Positions 1 to 8,921 of a stretch of DNA of 64,000 nt are shown one piece after another. The first letter of the stretch is position 1, and each line of letters begins with the position of its first letter. This DNA is from Marinicella sp. (lineage in GTDB: Bacteria > Pseudomonadota > Gammaproteobacteria > Xanthomonadales > Marinicellaceae). The stretch lies in the NCBI GenBank assembly GCA_965230295.1, contig OZ246001.1:64001-128000 (forward strand), given 5' to 3'. The notes under the pieces are model-generated. The model had not been told where the DNA came from. It saw only the letters and a program-made list of their open reading frames with translations, and did no database searches. The position numbers and the translations under genes are program-made.

Positions 1-108
1 AAAGCCAGGGTGTTCAGCTGTGAATTTTTTAACCGCATGAAGGCGACCCAGCGGGTCATCGTCACCGCCCATGATGTCAACAGCTATGATAGGTAACTCA
101 CTTGTCAT
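1..108 (-). CDS. plsX: phosphate acyltransferase PlsX, 5' part (runs off window)
   Basis: Manual translation MTSELPIIAVDIMGGDDDP... matches the PlsX N-terminal IAVD-MGGD motif; downstream of yceD-rpmF as usual. Confidence 0.9.
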   Translation of the reverse strand, partial: MTSELPIIAVDIMGGDDDPLGRLHAVKKFTAEHPGF

Positions 109-153
109 TTAAAGTGATCACGGCAATGTGATTGGTTTTAGTGGCATCGTTAT

Positions 154-186
154 AAAAAAAATGGGTAAAGAAAACTTTACCCATTT
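154..186 (-). terminator. intrinsic terminator after rpmF
   Basis: AAATGGGTAAAG-aaaa-CTTTACCCATTT hairpin followed by a T-run on the minus strand. Confidence 0.7.
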
Positions 187-238
187 ATATTAACTTGTTT
201 TGTCCAATAAGCAAACCAGAGTTTGCAGTTAACAAAAC

Positions 239-436
239 TTATGCGTCAACCTCAGTTTCTTTCTCATCAAACTGAATCACTTCTTTACCGCGGTAAAAAC
301 CTTCAGGGCTGACATGGTGGCGCAAGTGAGTCTCACCAGTTTCAGCTTCAATCGATAAAGTGCTCGCTTTTAATTTATCATGTCCACGTCTCATGCCTCT
401 CTTAGAAGGTGTGACGCGGCTTTTTTGTACTGCCAT
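239..436 (-). CDS. rpmF: 50S ribosomal protein L32
   Basis: [17 protein letters not shown]...[14 protein letters not shown]. Confidence 0.98.
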   Translation of the reverse strand: MAVQKSRVTPSKRGMRRGHDKLKASTLSIEAETGETHLRHHVSPEGFYRGKEVIQFDEKETEVDA

Positions 437-456
437 TTTGATTCTCCAAAATTACT

Positions 457-975
457 TTAATTCTTTGTCTTTAATTCTTTCAAGGCCGCAAAAGGATTCT
501 CGGTTTCCTCTGCCACCGGATCACTGTCATGATCTGCCAAATACTGACTGTTCAACTCTGCCCCAGGTTTTAATGGAACATCTGGAATCATCAGCAAAAT
601 TTCGTCTTCCAATAACGCCCTTGGATCCACTTGCATGTCCACCACCCATGAGGGCGAAACATTGGCGTCAAGCTTGTCTTCATCCTCCAACTCACTGATG
701 AATCCAATGATGTTGGCGGATTTAAGCTCAAATTCAAATGTATCCAAACTTCTTTGACATATCAGTTCCAGTTTTGATTCAATGCGAATGGTTGCTTCAC
801 CTAAAACCGATTTAGAGTGCCTAAACTGTATATCATATTTAACCAGAGCGTCGGTTGAATGAATTAATTCGGCCGGCATTCTGTCTAAATCTGAAAGCAA
901 CAACTCACCATGCAACTGCCATTCTTTTCTTACAGCTGCATTCAGTTCTATTGAATCTGGTAGTGATTTAGCCAT
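457..975 (-). CDS. yceD: YceD/DUF177 family 23S rRNA accumulation protein
   Basis: LICQRSL and LLEDEILL motifs, C-terminal ENPFAALKELK; upstream of rpmF. Confidence 0.92.
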   Translation of the reverse strand: MAKSLPDSIELNAAVRKEWQLHGELLLSDLDRMPAELIHSTDALVKYDIQFRHSKSVLGEATIRIESKLELICQRSLDTFEFELKSANIIGFISELEDEDKLDANVSPSWVVDMQVDPRALLEDEILLMIPDVPLKPGAELNSQYLADHDSDPVAEETENPFAALKELKTKN

Positions 976-1135
976 AGCCGGCGAATTCTACTGGTTTTAA
1001 CACGTGATTGCAAACCAAATAACGAGTTTTTATTGGTTAATAATTATATACAATCTGAATCTGATTTTCATAGAAAAAGTGCTGCTTTTTCTGCATTTAG
1101 AGGTTTTGCCTGATCTGCCACAATGATTTAAAATC

Positions 1136-1753
1136 ATGTCATACTTTGGTATCATAAACACCACATGCAAATCAGACCCAGCCGTGCACATTCAAAAACA
1201 TGCCTTAGGCTATGAAAACCTCTTAGAAGACCGAAACAGACTACATATTGAATTATTGGTAATCCACTGTACTGAGCTGCCAGACTTGGCCACAGCAAGA
1301 TCCTACGGTGAAGCCATTCATTACAGTTCTGGTACTGGTAATTCTGGACACTATTATATAGATAGAAATGGAGAGGTTTATCAATGGGTTAAACCAGAAA
1401 AAGTGGCACACCACGTGAAAGGACACAACAAGCAATCAATTGGCATAGAACTGGTTAACCTGGGCCGTTATCCGGACTGGCATCACAGCCGGAACCAAGA
1501 ACCCACTGAAGTTTACCCAGACAAACAAATATCGGCACTGGTGTCTTTAATCAAGCACTTACAATCTCTATTGCCCAATTTAAAGCACATTGCAGGACAT
1601 GAAGACTTGGACCAAGACCAAATTCCAGCCACCGATGACCCTGCGGTAAGCGTCCGCCGGAAAATTGACCCGGGTCCATTGTTTCCATGGGACCAGGTGA
1701 TGCAACAAACCAACTTAATCAACATAGGCAGTCACGCAAAAAATTATGAATGA
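1136..1753 (+). CDS. N-acetylmuramoyl-L-alanine amidase (Amidase_2/AmpD-like)
   Basis: VIHCT, SGHYYI, AHHVKGHN, SIGIELVN, GHEDL, RKIDPGP zinc-amidase motifs; true start may be GTG at 1183. Confidence 0.9.
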   Translation: MSYFGIINTTCKSDPAVHIQKHALGYENLLEDRNRLHIELLVIHCTELPDLATARSYGEAIHYSSGTGNSGHYYIDRNGEVYQWVKPEKVAHHVKGHNKQSIGIELVNLGRYPDWHHSRNQEPTEVYPDKQISALVSLIKHLQSLLPNLKHIAGHEDLDQDQIPATDDPAVSVRRKIDPGPLFPWDQVMQQTNLINIGSHAKNYE

Positions 1754-2609
1754 ACTAGATAAATTACTCCGTTATTTCGAACTTGAACATCTGGAAGAGA
1801 ATTTGTTTCGAGGCCAGTCTTTAGATATTGGCACAGGCCGGATATTTGGTGGGCAAGCCTTATCTCAAGCATTAGAAGCTGCCTACTTAACCACCAGAGA
1901 CCAACAAGTCCATTCACTGCATGCCTACTTTCTGCGCGAAGGAGATTGCAACAAACCTGTGGTTTATCAAGTTGAACGTGCTCGTGACGGCCGAACATTC
2001 AGCAATCGACGGGTTTCAGCGATTCAGAATGGTAAACCCATTTTGATTTTGGCTTGTTCGTTTCAAAAATTTGAAGCCGGCATGGAACACCAAAAGGCCA
2101 TACCTGACGTTCCGATGCCTGATGACCTCACTGAAAAAACTTTGATACCCGGTGACAAAATCAAACAACTGTCACCCAGAATGCGTCGAACACTGACCAC
2201 CCAGGGTCCTTTTGAATTTCGGTTTGTTGATGATGTTGATCCTTTTGACAGTGAAGCCAAAGATCCCATCAAACGCATTTGGTTCAAAGCCAGACATCCA
2301 TTGGACGCCGAACAATACATGCACCGCACCTTACTGACATTTGTATCAGATTACCATTTGGTATCAACCGCAACACTACCACACGGCGTTTCATACCTAG
2401 ACCCCAAGTTGCAGTTTGCCAGTTTAGATCATGCCATGTGGTTTCACCGACCTTTTCAAATTGACGATTGGCTGTTGTATGACTGTGACAGTCCCAGTGC
2501 TTCAGAAGCCAGGGGGTTTGCCACAGGGCATGTCTTTGATATCAATGGTAATTTAGTGGCATCTACTGCACAACAAGGCCTGATGAGAATGTGGGATAAA
2601 ACTGAATAA
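1746..2609 (+). CDS. tesB: acyl-CoA thioesterase II
   Basis: FGGQALSQAL, HSLHAYFLR, ASLDHAMWFHRP, VASTAQQGL. Confidence 0.95.
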   Translation: MNELDKLLRYFELEHLEENLFRGQSLDIGTGRIFGGQALSQALEAAYLTTRDQQVHSLHAYFLREGDCNKPVVYQVERARDGRTFSNRRVSAIQNGKPILILACSFQKFEAGMEHQKAIPDVPMPDDLTEKTLIPGDKIKQLSPRMRRTLTTQGPFEFRFVDDVDPFDSEAKDPIKRIWFKARHPLDAEQYMHRTLLTFVSDYHLVSTATLPHGVSYLDPKLQFASLDHAMWFHRPFQIDDWLLYDCDSPSASEARGFATGHVFDINGNLVASTAQQGLMRMWDKTE

Positions 2610-2610
2610 C

Positions 2611-3444
2611 ATGAAAAGGTATTTTTTGATTACTTTGGGGTCACTGCTTTTGGCTTCTGCCATTGCTTTCTTCTTACTCCCAGCAAAAATTGTCACTGGC
2701 GGAACGCCTGGCATGGGTATCTTGGTCCATTTATTATTCCCAATTCCAGTCGGGGTTGCCATGTTACTGATCAACATCCCTTTGATTTTGATCGGCTTGA
2801 AATTCATAGATTCAGGTTTTGCTGTCAGAAGCATTTATTCCATGGTGTTAACGGCTGCAGCCGTTGACCTGCTAAAAATTTATATAGAAATCCCCGAGAT
2901 TCAAAGCATGCTTTTATCCACCCTCTATGGCGGCATTTTCGCTGGTTTGGGCGTGGGTCTGGTCTTAAAAGGACATGCATCGGCTGGAGGCACTACGATT
3001 GTGGCCAAGATCATTGCCAACTACACCCATTTAAAGGCAGCTCAAGTTCTCTTGATTATGGACAGCATGATCATCCTGACGATCGGACTGATATTCAAGG
3101 ACATGGAAAAAATCCTGTGGAGTATGATCAGTATTTATGTCACAGCACAAGTGATTGACCGCATATTAACAGGCACGGTCAGAGAAAAAACCATCAACAT
3201 TGTGTCTTCCAAACTAGATGAAATCGCCCAAGCCATTTCAACGCATATGCACCGAGATGGCACCATTCTTTCTGGACAAAACTTAACCGGAGAACACACC
3301 AAACAGATCTTGTTTGTGGTGATAGACACCCGTCACATCAATCAACTGAAAGAATTGGTGTTGGGTATTGATGACAAAGCCCTGATGGTCACCATGCAAG
3401 CCAGTGAAATGATGGGCGACAGTCGCATTTCCAGGGTCAGTTAG
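2611..3444 (+). CDS. YitT family membrane protein
   Basis: GGTPG, INIPL and ASAGGT motifs, several TM helices, C-terminal DUF2179-like domain. Confidence 0.88.
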   Translation: MKRYFLITLGSLLLASAIAFFLLPAKIVTGGTPGMGILVHLLFPIPVGVAMLLINIPLILIGLKFIDSGFAVRSIYSMVLTAAAVDLLKIYIEIPEIQSMLLSTLYGGIFAGLGVGLVLKGHASAGGTTIVAKIIANYTHLKAAQVLLIMDSMIILTIGLIFKDMEKILWSMISIYVTAQVIDRILTGTVREKTINIVSSKLDEIAQAISTHMHRDGTILSGQNLTGEHTKQILFVVIDTRHINQLKELVLGIDDKALMVTMQASEMMGDSRISRVS

Positions 3445-4853
3445 GGCTCTTTTGCTGCCGTTGAAGCATTGGACCCTGCTTTTGCTTTGATGATGGCAAT
3501 TCCTAAGTACGCAAACGTAATGGCTACTATTGGGTTCAATAAATTCAGCAAGGCATAGGGTGCAAATTCCATCACCGCAATGCCCAAAGTGGCGGTATAG
3601 AATGCACCTGATGTGGTCCAAGGAATCAGGCCTGCCAACAAGGTCACACCCTCTTCTACAGAACGGGATAAGACCGAAGCATCAATACCAAGCTTCTTAT
3701 AGGCTTTCTGATAAAGTTGTGAGTTCAATATGATGGCAATATACCCCTCTCCCAAAGCAGCAATGGTCAAAAATCCCGTCCCTATGGTAGAGGCCACCAA
3801 CGAGCCGGTCGATTTGATTCTGTTGATCATGCGGCCTAACAAAGCCAACACAAAACCCGCACCCTGTAAAATACCACCCAATGCGATCGCAATGAATGCC
3901 AACATCAAAGTCCAGGCCATGCTGAAAAGCCCCCCACGACCCAGTAAATCATTGAGGTTTTCAATACCGGTATCGGGCTTGGTGTTGGACCACAAAGCAT
4001 GAGCCATTTCCTGAATGCTGGTGCCCTGAAATAACAACGCAATCAATGTAGCTGCAAATACACACGCAGTCATACTGATTTCAGCTGCAAACTTTCGATA
4101 ACTTAAGACAAATAACACCACCACTGGCCAAATGGTAATCAATGGATTAAGGTTAAAGTGCGCTGCCAATGCCTGTTGAATCAAGTTGATTTGATCAGTG
4201 ACGTGTTCTCCAACCTCAATAGACACACCGACGACAGCAAAGATCACCACCACCAAACCAAATGTGGGCATGGTGGTTCTCATCATTGATCGTATGTGGG
4301 CGTACAAATCAGTTTCTGCACTCATGGCAGCCAAGTTAGTGGTGTCCGAAATCGGTGACATTTTATCGCCAAAAGTGGCACCAGAAACCACCATACCAGC
4401 AACCCAGTACAAAGGCATTTCCATGGCTGTTCCCATGCCCATAAACACCACACCCAAAGTTCCAACCGTTCCCCACGAGGTCCCTGTCAGCAATGACATC
4501 AGCGCGCACAACACAAAGCCGATTGGCAAAAATAACTGCGGGGACAACCAATCCAAACCATAGTAGATCAGTGTTGCTACGGTACCACTTTTCATCAGTG
4601 CAGCGATGACCAGGCCTATCAACAGAAATATATACGTGGCTGGCAAAGCTTTGGTGATCGCAGCACTCATCATTTCCCTGATGGTTTCATAACGATAACC
4701 TAAAACCCTGGCATTGATAGCCACCCATACCAAGGCCACAAACAACACCACATGCAACAACTGATCCAAAACAAACATGCCAGCAGCCACCATAGCGAAT
4801 AAACCAAGAAACACCAATAAGGCATGTGAAAAATGGACTTGTTTAACGGACAT
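3441..4853 (-). CDS. nhaC: Na+/H+ antiporter NhaC family
   Basis: GTSWGTVGT, SGATFGDKMSPISDTTNLA, LIPW motifs. Confidence 0.9.
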   Translation of the reverse strand: MSVKQVHFSHALLVFLGLFAMVAAGMFVLDQLLHVVLFVALVWVAINARVLGYRYETIREMMSAAITKALPATYIFLLIGLVIAALMKSGTVATLIYYGLDWLSPQLFLPIGFVLCALMSLLTGTSWGTVGTLGVVFMGMGTAMEMPLYWVAGMVVSGATFGDKMSPISDTTNLAAMSAETDLYAHIRSMMRTTMPTFGLVVVIFAVVGVSIEVGEHVTDQINLIQQALAAHFNLNPLITIWPVVVLFVLSYRKFAAEISMTACVFAATLIALLFQGTSIQEMAHALWSNTKPDTGIENLNDLLGRGGLFSMAWTLMLAFIAIALGGILQGAGFVLALLGRMINRIKSTGSLVASTIGTGFLTIAALGEGYIAIILNSQLYQKAYKKLGIDASVLSRSVEEGVTLLAGLIPWTTSGAFYTATLGIAVMEFAPYALLNLLNPIVAITFAYLGIAIIKAKAGSNASTAAKEP

Positions 4854-5043
4854 GGCTAAGTAGTTATTGTTAATTATTGATGAGTATAAAACATTTTTTA
4901 ATTTGATGTCTGTCTCGAAATGATCTGTTCAGTTCGAGCACATGATAAGAACCATTGAATCAGTCTTACCTGTAATAAGCTTACAATTTAACTTTGCACC
5001 ATTCCATTTAATAATAAAAAACGGTACAATCCACACCCCACGC

Positions 5044-5134
5044 GGTGAGGTGTCTGAGTGGTTGAAGGAGCTCGCCTGGAAAGCGGGTATACGTTAATAG
5101 CGTATCGAGGGTTCGAATCCCTCTCTCACCGCCA
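5044..5134 (+). tRNA. tRNA-Ser(GGA)
   Basis: GGTGAGG acceptor stem, CT-GGA-AA anticodon loop, long variable arm, GGTTCGAATCC, GCCA end. Confidence 0.97.
5121..5134 (+). repeat. att core, tRNA-side copy
   Basis: CTCTCTCACCGCCA, identical to 10312-10325. Confidence 0.9.
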
Positions 5135-5296
5135 CTAATTAAGCATATGCCATTGATATTATTGACTTTTATTTTATTAGTGAGAAAAGGAACCGTCATA
5201 AAGACCGACAAAACTATTTGTTAATTATTTTTAAAATCAATAGTTATCGCACCGCAGGTAAGTATCAGATTCTCGAATTATTCAGTTTCGATGGAA

Positions 5297-5427
5297 TGTG
5301 GGTAAAGGGTGAATTTAGTGTGGGTAAGCTGTTGTTAAGCTTTAAACAGTACGTGCATTACCCATTCAATCATTGCCTTATCAATAGCTTATCCACACGG
5401 CTGAAAGAAATTCATGCTTTATCCATA
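5297..5427. promoter_or_regulatory. cluster of DnaA-box-like 9-mers
   Basis: TGTGGGTAA at 5297 and 5319, perfect TTATCCACA at 5389, TTATCCATA at 5419. Confidence 0.5.
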
Positions 5428-5666
5428 TGGAATCGACCCAAATCCTTCAGTTAAGATTTCTAACATAATAGAATTTTAGAGCAGGTATCAATATTAGCTC
5501 TAAAGTAAATTAAGTACATATAAAAAAATCATTTGCTTCAAAAGCTTAACGTACAAATGTTATGATGCTTATCATTGGTAAATTACGATTTTCAATTTAA
5601 AAACAATGCACAAGATAAATCGTAATTTTTTTGATTACATTGAGAGTATAAAAGGGTGGGATAAGA

Positions 5667-6146
5667 ATGATTAGAATATTATTAGCTTTATTAATTTCTT
5701 CAATATTAGTGGGATGTGGCAGTAGCAGGTATGCAATAAAATATGATTCACAGCCTCAAGGTGCAACAGTTGTTTGTAATGGTCAAAATTTGGGATATAC
5801 ACCACAAGTTCGCTACTATGACAAGAAGAAAGTCATGTCTCAAACTAAAATTGACATGAGCGAATGTTATGCAAAGTGGTCTAGTGGGGCAATGGCAAAA
5901 TATGGCGCATTCTCTCCAAGCCAATATCCTGATGGTGTTACTAACACTTTACCAAGACCAAATGTACCTGGCTATCAACAAGATGCTGAATTTGAACTCA
6001 AGGTCAAACAAATGCAAAACCAAAACAATCAAAGCCAGCAGAACAACCAGAATTCAAATAAAATAAGATGTCGAAGGACTATTGGCGGTGAAGTAACAGA
6101 ATTCACAGGATCGTTTTGTCCAGTAGGTTACTTCCCAGCAGGTTAA
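5667..6146 (+). CDS. hypothetical lipoprotein (PEGA-like domain), island cargo
   Basis: Signal peptide with LVGC lipobox; DSQPQGATVVCNG...GYTP PEGA-like motif; Q/N-rich linker. Confidence 0.75.
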   Translation: MIRILLALLISSILVGCGSSRYAIKYDSQPQGATVVCNGQNLGYTPQVRYYDKKKVMSQTKIDMSECYAKWSSGAMAKYGAFSPSQYPDGVTNTLPRPNVPGYQQDAEFELKVKQMQNQNNQSQQNNQNSNKIRCRRTIGGEVTEFTGSFCPVGYFPAG

Positions 6147-6580
6147 TTTATCTGATAGCTATAAAACTATAGGGCATACTAAAATATAAGCAGTATGAGT
6201 CAACTGGTTTGTTTTAATTTGATTCAGACTTAACACTGGACTGATAAAGCATCTAGTGGGGGGGGTATTCGGTTTCGACAATACTTTTTTTATACATACT
6301 GCAACGGTAAATAAGTTAGATATTTTCTTTAAGTTTTTAGTCACGCAATCCTCAAAATACCAATTTTATTCATATAGGCTGCATGTAGTAAGATTTTCAA
6401 AATATGGCAATTCAATCATATAGTTTTTACTTGGTGTACTGGTAGTTCAAACTTGTTCTGATACCCTCATTTCTCTTAGCATGGATACCTATTTTGTAAT
6501 TGGTTTGCTGTATAGGGGTACTATAGGATCAAGATTTTTCAAGTCGCTATATAGTTTCTTCAACCTTTGGGGTATAAATG

Positions 6581-6657
6581 TGGAATAACTGGCAAAACTG
6601 GTATAACTGAATGTTTCTGCCAGTCACAGATTTTCCAGATATACCAGTATTACCACT
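6581..6657. repeat. opposed 9-bp iteron-like repeats (putative element origin)
   Basis: TGGAATAAC-TGGCAAAAC-TGGTATAAC on +; CCAGATATA-CCAGTATTA-CCAC in the opposite orientation; just downstream of the AAA ATPase gene. Confidence 0.5.
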
Positions 6658-6707
6658 TTTAAAACCATATTATAAAAATACGGTTAGATTAAATCGAATT
6701 CATTTAA

Positions 6708-7733
6708 TCAGGTTTTGTTGAGTGAATAAATTGATTGATTGTGACTTCCTGTGGTTTTCGTCCAAAGTTCATCCGAAAATTTAGCCAATGCCTGATCAAC
6801 CTTTCTTCTCGATGGTTTAAATGGATCACCTGACAGCTTTAATTGTTGTTGAATATCAGTTTGGTTCAAAGGATGATCTGCCAATACCTTTTCAATAAAA
6901 GTAATTTCTTTTTTCCATTTTTCTTTTTCATCTGACTTTTGTTTTGCTTGCTTCTGAGTTGAGGCCTGTTGGTTGGTTAATTTAGCAACACCATTAATCA
7001 TGTCTTCATAAGTTAAAGAATCATTTTTCATATACTGATAAGACACCTTTGAAGCGACCTTCCCTCTGTCCTTGATATTGCGAAATTCAACCACTTGGCT
7101 TTCTGCTTCTGGATCAGACATTTTGTATATTGCATAGGCGCAATCACAATCACTCAACGTGTCACCAGTGCCCTCATAAACAAGTTCACCGTCAGCATCC
7201 AAATGTTTGTTGGTATGCCCTGCAATGATGACTGTGGCTCCGTTAATGCATAAGGAACGAAGCTCCTCAAAAAATTCTGAGAGTGATGCCTTTGACATCA
7301 TGTCAGTAAACTTTTTCAGAGTATCCAACACGATGACTTTGTTTTTTAGATTTCCCTCATTAGCAATTTTTGAAAACATTTCCATGATCTTCGCTGGAGA
7401 GGATTTTGCTTCATGAGGGTTAATCATATGAAAGTTGTATTTGTTTGCCATTTGACCTTTAACGAATAAACCATTGTAGTTATCATCCGCATTGATATAA
7501 AAAACATCACTTCCGCTAATTCGACCTGCTTTTATGGATTCGATTAAAAAAGACAAAATGAGCAATGTTTTACCAGTATTGGGTTGCGCATAGAAAAGTG
7601 TAATTTGACCCAATAATGCCATCTCATCGATGGCAAAATCGGTTCTCAATAAATTGTTGCCAACCTCGGTTAGCCTGCGTGTCACAGAGAGTTCAGCAAG
7701 CTCTTGAAGTGTATTTTGCTTCATTCGAGCCAC
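6708..7733 (-). CDS. AAA_25/RepA-like ATPase-helicase
   Basis: Walker A AQPNTGKT, Walker B VIVLDTLKK, IIAGHTNK motif of RecA/SF4-type helicases. Confidence 0.75.
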   Translation of the reverse strand: MARMKQNTLQELAELSVTRRLTEVGNNLLRTDFAIDEMALLGQITLFYAQPNTGKTLLILSFLIESIKAGRISGSDVFYINADDNYNGLFVKGQMANKYNFHMINPHEAKSSPAKIMEMFSKIANEGNLKNKVIVLDTLKKFTDMMSKASLSEFFEELRSLCINGATVIIAGHTNKHLDADGELVYEGTGDTLSDCDCAYAIYKMSDPEAESQVVEFRNIKDRGKVASKVSYQYMKNDSLTYEDMINGVAKLTNQQASTQKQAKQKSDEKEKWKKEITFIEKVLADHPLNQTDIQQQLKLSGDPFKPSRRKVDQALAKFSDELWTKTTGSHNQSIYSLNKT

Positions 7734-7996
7734 CCAACTAAAGTGTAATGCACAATTCGCTGGTGAAGCCTGCCTGTTTTGTCAATTGCATCTTTTTTAA
7801 CTTTGCCAATTATGGCTCCTTGTTTTGACAGACTGGCTATGATTTGAGATGGGTACATGACACCCATGTCCTTTAAATCGATGGTGCTGACTTCTTTCTT
7901 TTCAAAAAGTAATGCAATGACCATAGATTTTTGGCTGCATGAACTTGATGAGGTTCTGTAAGCATTGATTTGTTTAATTAAGTTATTTATATTCAT
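7721..7996 (-). CDS. small winged helix-turn-helix protein
   Basis: STIDLKDMGVMYPSQIIASL...G...YTL pattern typical of phage/satellite HTH proteins; GGAGG RBS; overlaps the ATPase gene. Confidence 0.7.
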   Translation of the reverse strand: MNINNLIKQINAYRTSSSSCSQKSMVIALLFEKKEVSTIDLKDMGVMYPSQIIASLSKQGAIIGKVKKDAIDKTGRLHQRIVHYTLVGWLE

Positions 7997-8095
7997 ATAT
8001 CCTCCAAAGGTATATGCACTAAATAATCAAAACTGGGTTATAATGGTTTTGCAAATTAAAACGAGACCCGTTAATGATTATTCATTGCGGGTTTT

Positions 8096-8335
8096 TTATT
8101 TGTTGTTAACGCTTTCTGGGTGAGTTGAGTTTTTTTGATCTCTTTCCTTGATTCTATTTTCAATCCACTCAAGTACCTCATCCTCAATCCAGGCAACTGA
8201 AGAACCACCTGGTATAAGTTGAATACTATTTGGAAAAAGGTTTCTGTTTCTGAGATCGTAAATATAGCTCTTTGAAAGCCCTGTGATCTTCGTGACTTCT
8301 TTGATTCGTATTAATCTGCTTGCGGTTTTCATCAA
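8096..8335 (-). CDS. alpA: AlpA family phage regulator / excisionase
   Basis: RLIRIKEVTKITGLSKSYIY...FPNSIQL...SVAWIEDEVLEWI. Confidence 0.92.
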   Translation of the reverse strand: MMKTASRLIRIKEVTKITGLSKSYIYDLRNRNLFPNSIQLIPGGSSVAWIEDEVLEWIENRIKERDQKNSTHPESVNNK

Positions 8336-8465
8336 TTTTGACTCCGTAAATGTTAATGAACGTAGGCTCTTATTTGTTCCTAAGAACCCTTTACGGTGTC
8401 GATAATACGATTTGTGCTTTTGAAAAAAGAGTGTAAGAAATTGAGTTTTTTTACACCCCTAAAAT

Positions 8466-8894
8466 TTATTCAATCGAATTCTTATTATTTTCTATTGTCT
8501 GAAAAATACTGTTCTTAATATTTCTATATTTGCCGTCTTTGTATTTTCTTAGTAGGGTTTCTGGATTCACATTATTTTCTAATGCAATTTGCTCTATAGC
8601 AGTTTCTTGCTTTTCATTTGTTAGCGCAATATGTAAGGCAACATCTTGAACTAGTAATCGCCATTTATTTTTAGTTTCTACTTGTTTTTTACCAGTAAAC
8701 TTTTCTAATAGTATTTCCTGAAGAATTGGCTTTAACTCATTTGGAATTGGGTCATCTATCATTACATGGCTCCATATTGCAGCCCTAGCCATGTATCCAT
8801 TATCATTTAAGTTTCTATATTCTCCCAATCTAAGCCGTTCTTCTTTATCAAGTGAGATTTGATCCTTCAATATATGTTCATCAAGTTTACTCAT
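8466..8894 (-). CDS. hypothetical protein (possible C-terminal HTH)
   Basis: 142-aa ORF with an RBS, co-oriented between integrase and alpA. Confidence 0.6.
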   Translation of the reverse strand: MSKLDEHILKDQISLDKEERLRLGEYRNLNDNGYMARAAIWSHVMIDDPIPNELKPILQEILLEKFTGKKQVETKNKWRLLVQDVALHIALTNEKQETAIEQIALENNVNPETLLRKYKDGKYRNIKNSIFQTIENNKNSIE

Positions 8895-8921
8895 TTCATT
8901 TACCTTTCTTCATTACAAAAC

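Noticed and set aside
5008-5454. ORFs 5008-5211 and 5218-5454
   Set aside because: The first is antisense to the tRNA; the second covers the DnaA-box-like region and shows no protein motif
6258-6295. G8-TATTCGGTTTCGAC resembling a tmRNA 5' end or a phage cos region
   Set aside because: No matching tmRNA 3' acceptor/T-arm or tag ORF; a packaging site cannot be supported without a helper phage sequence
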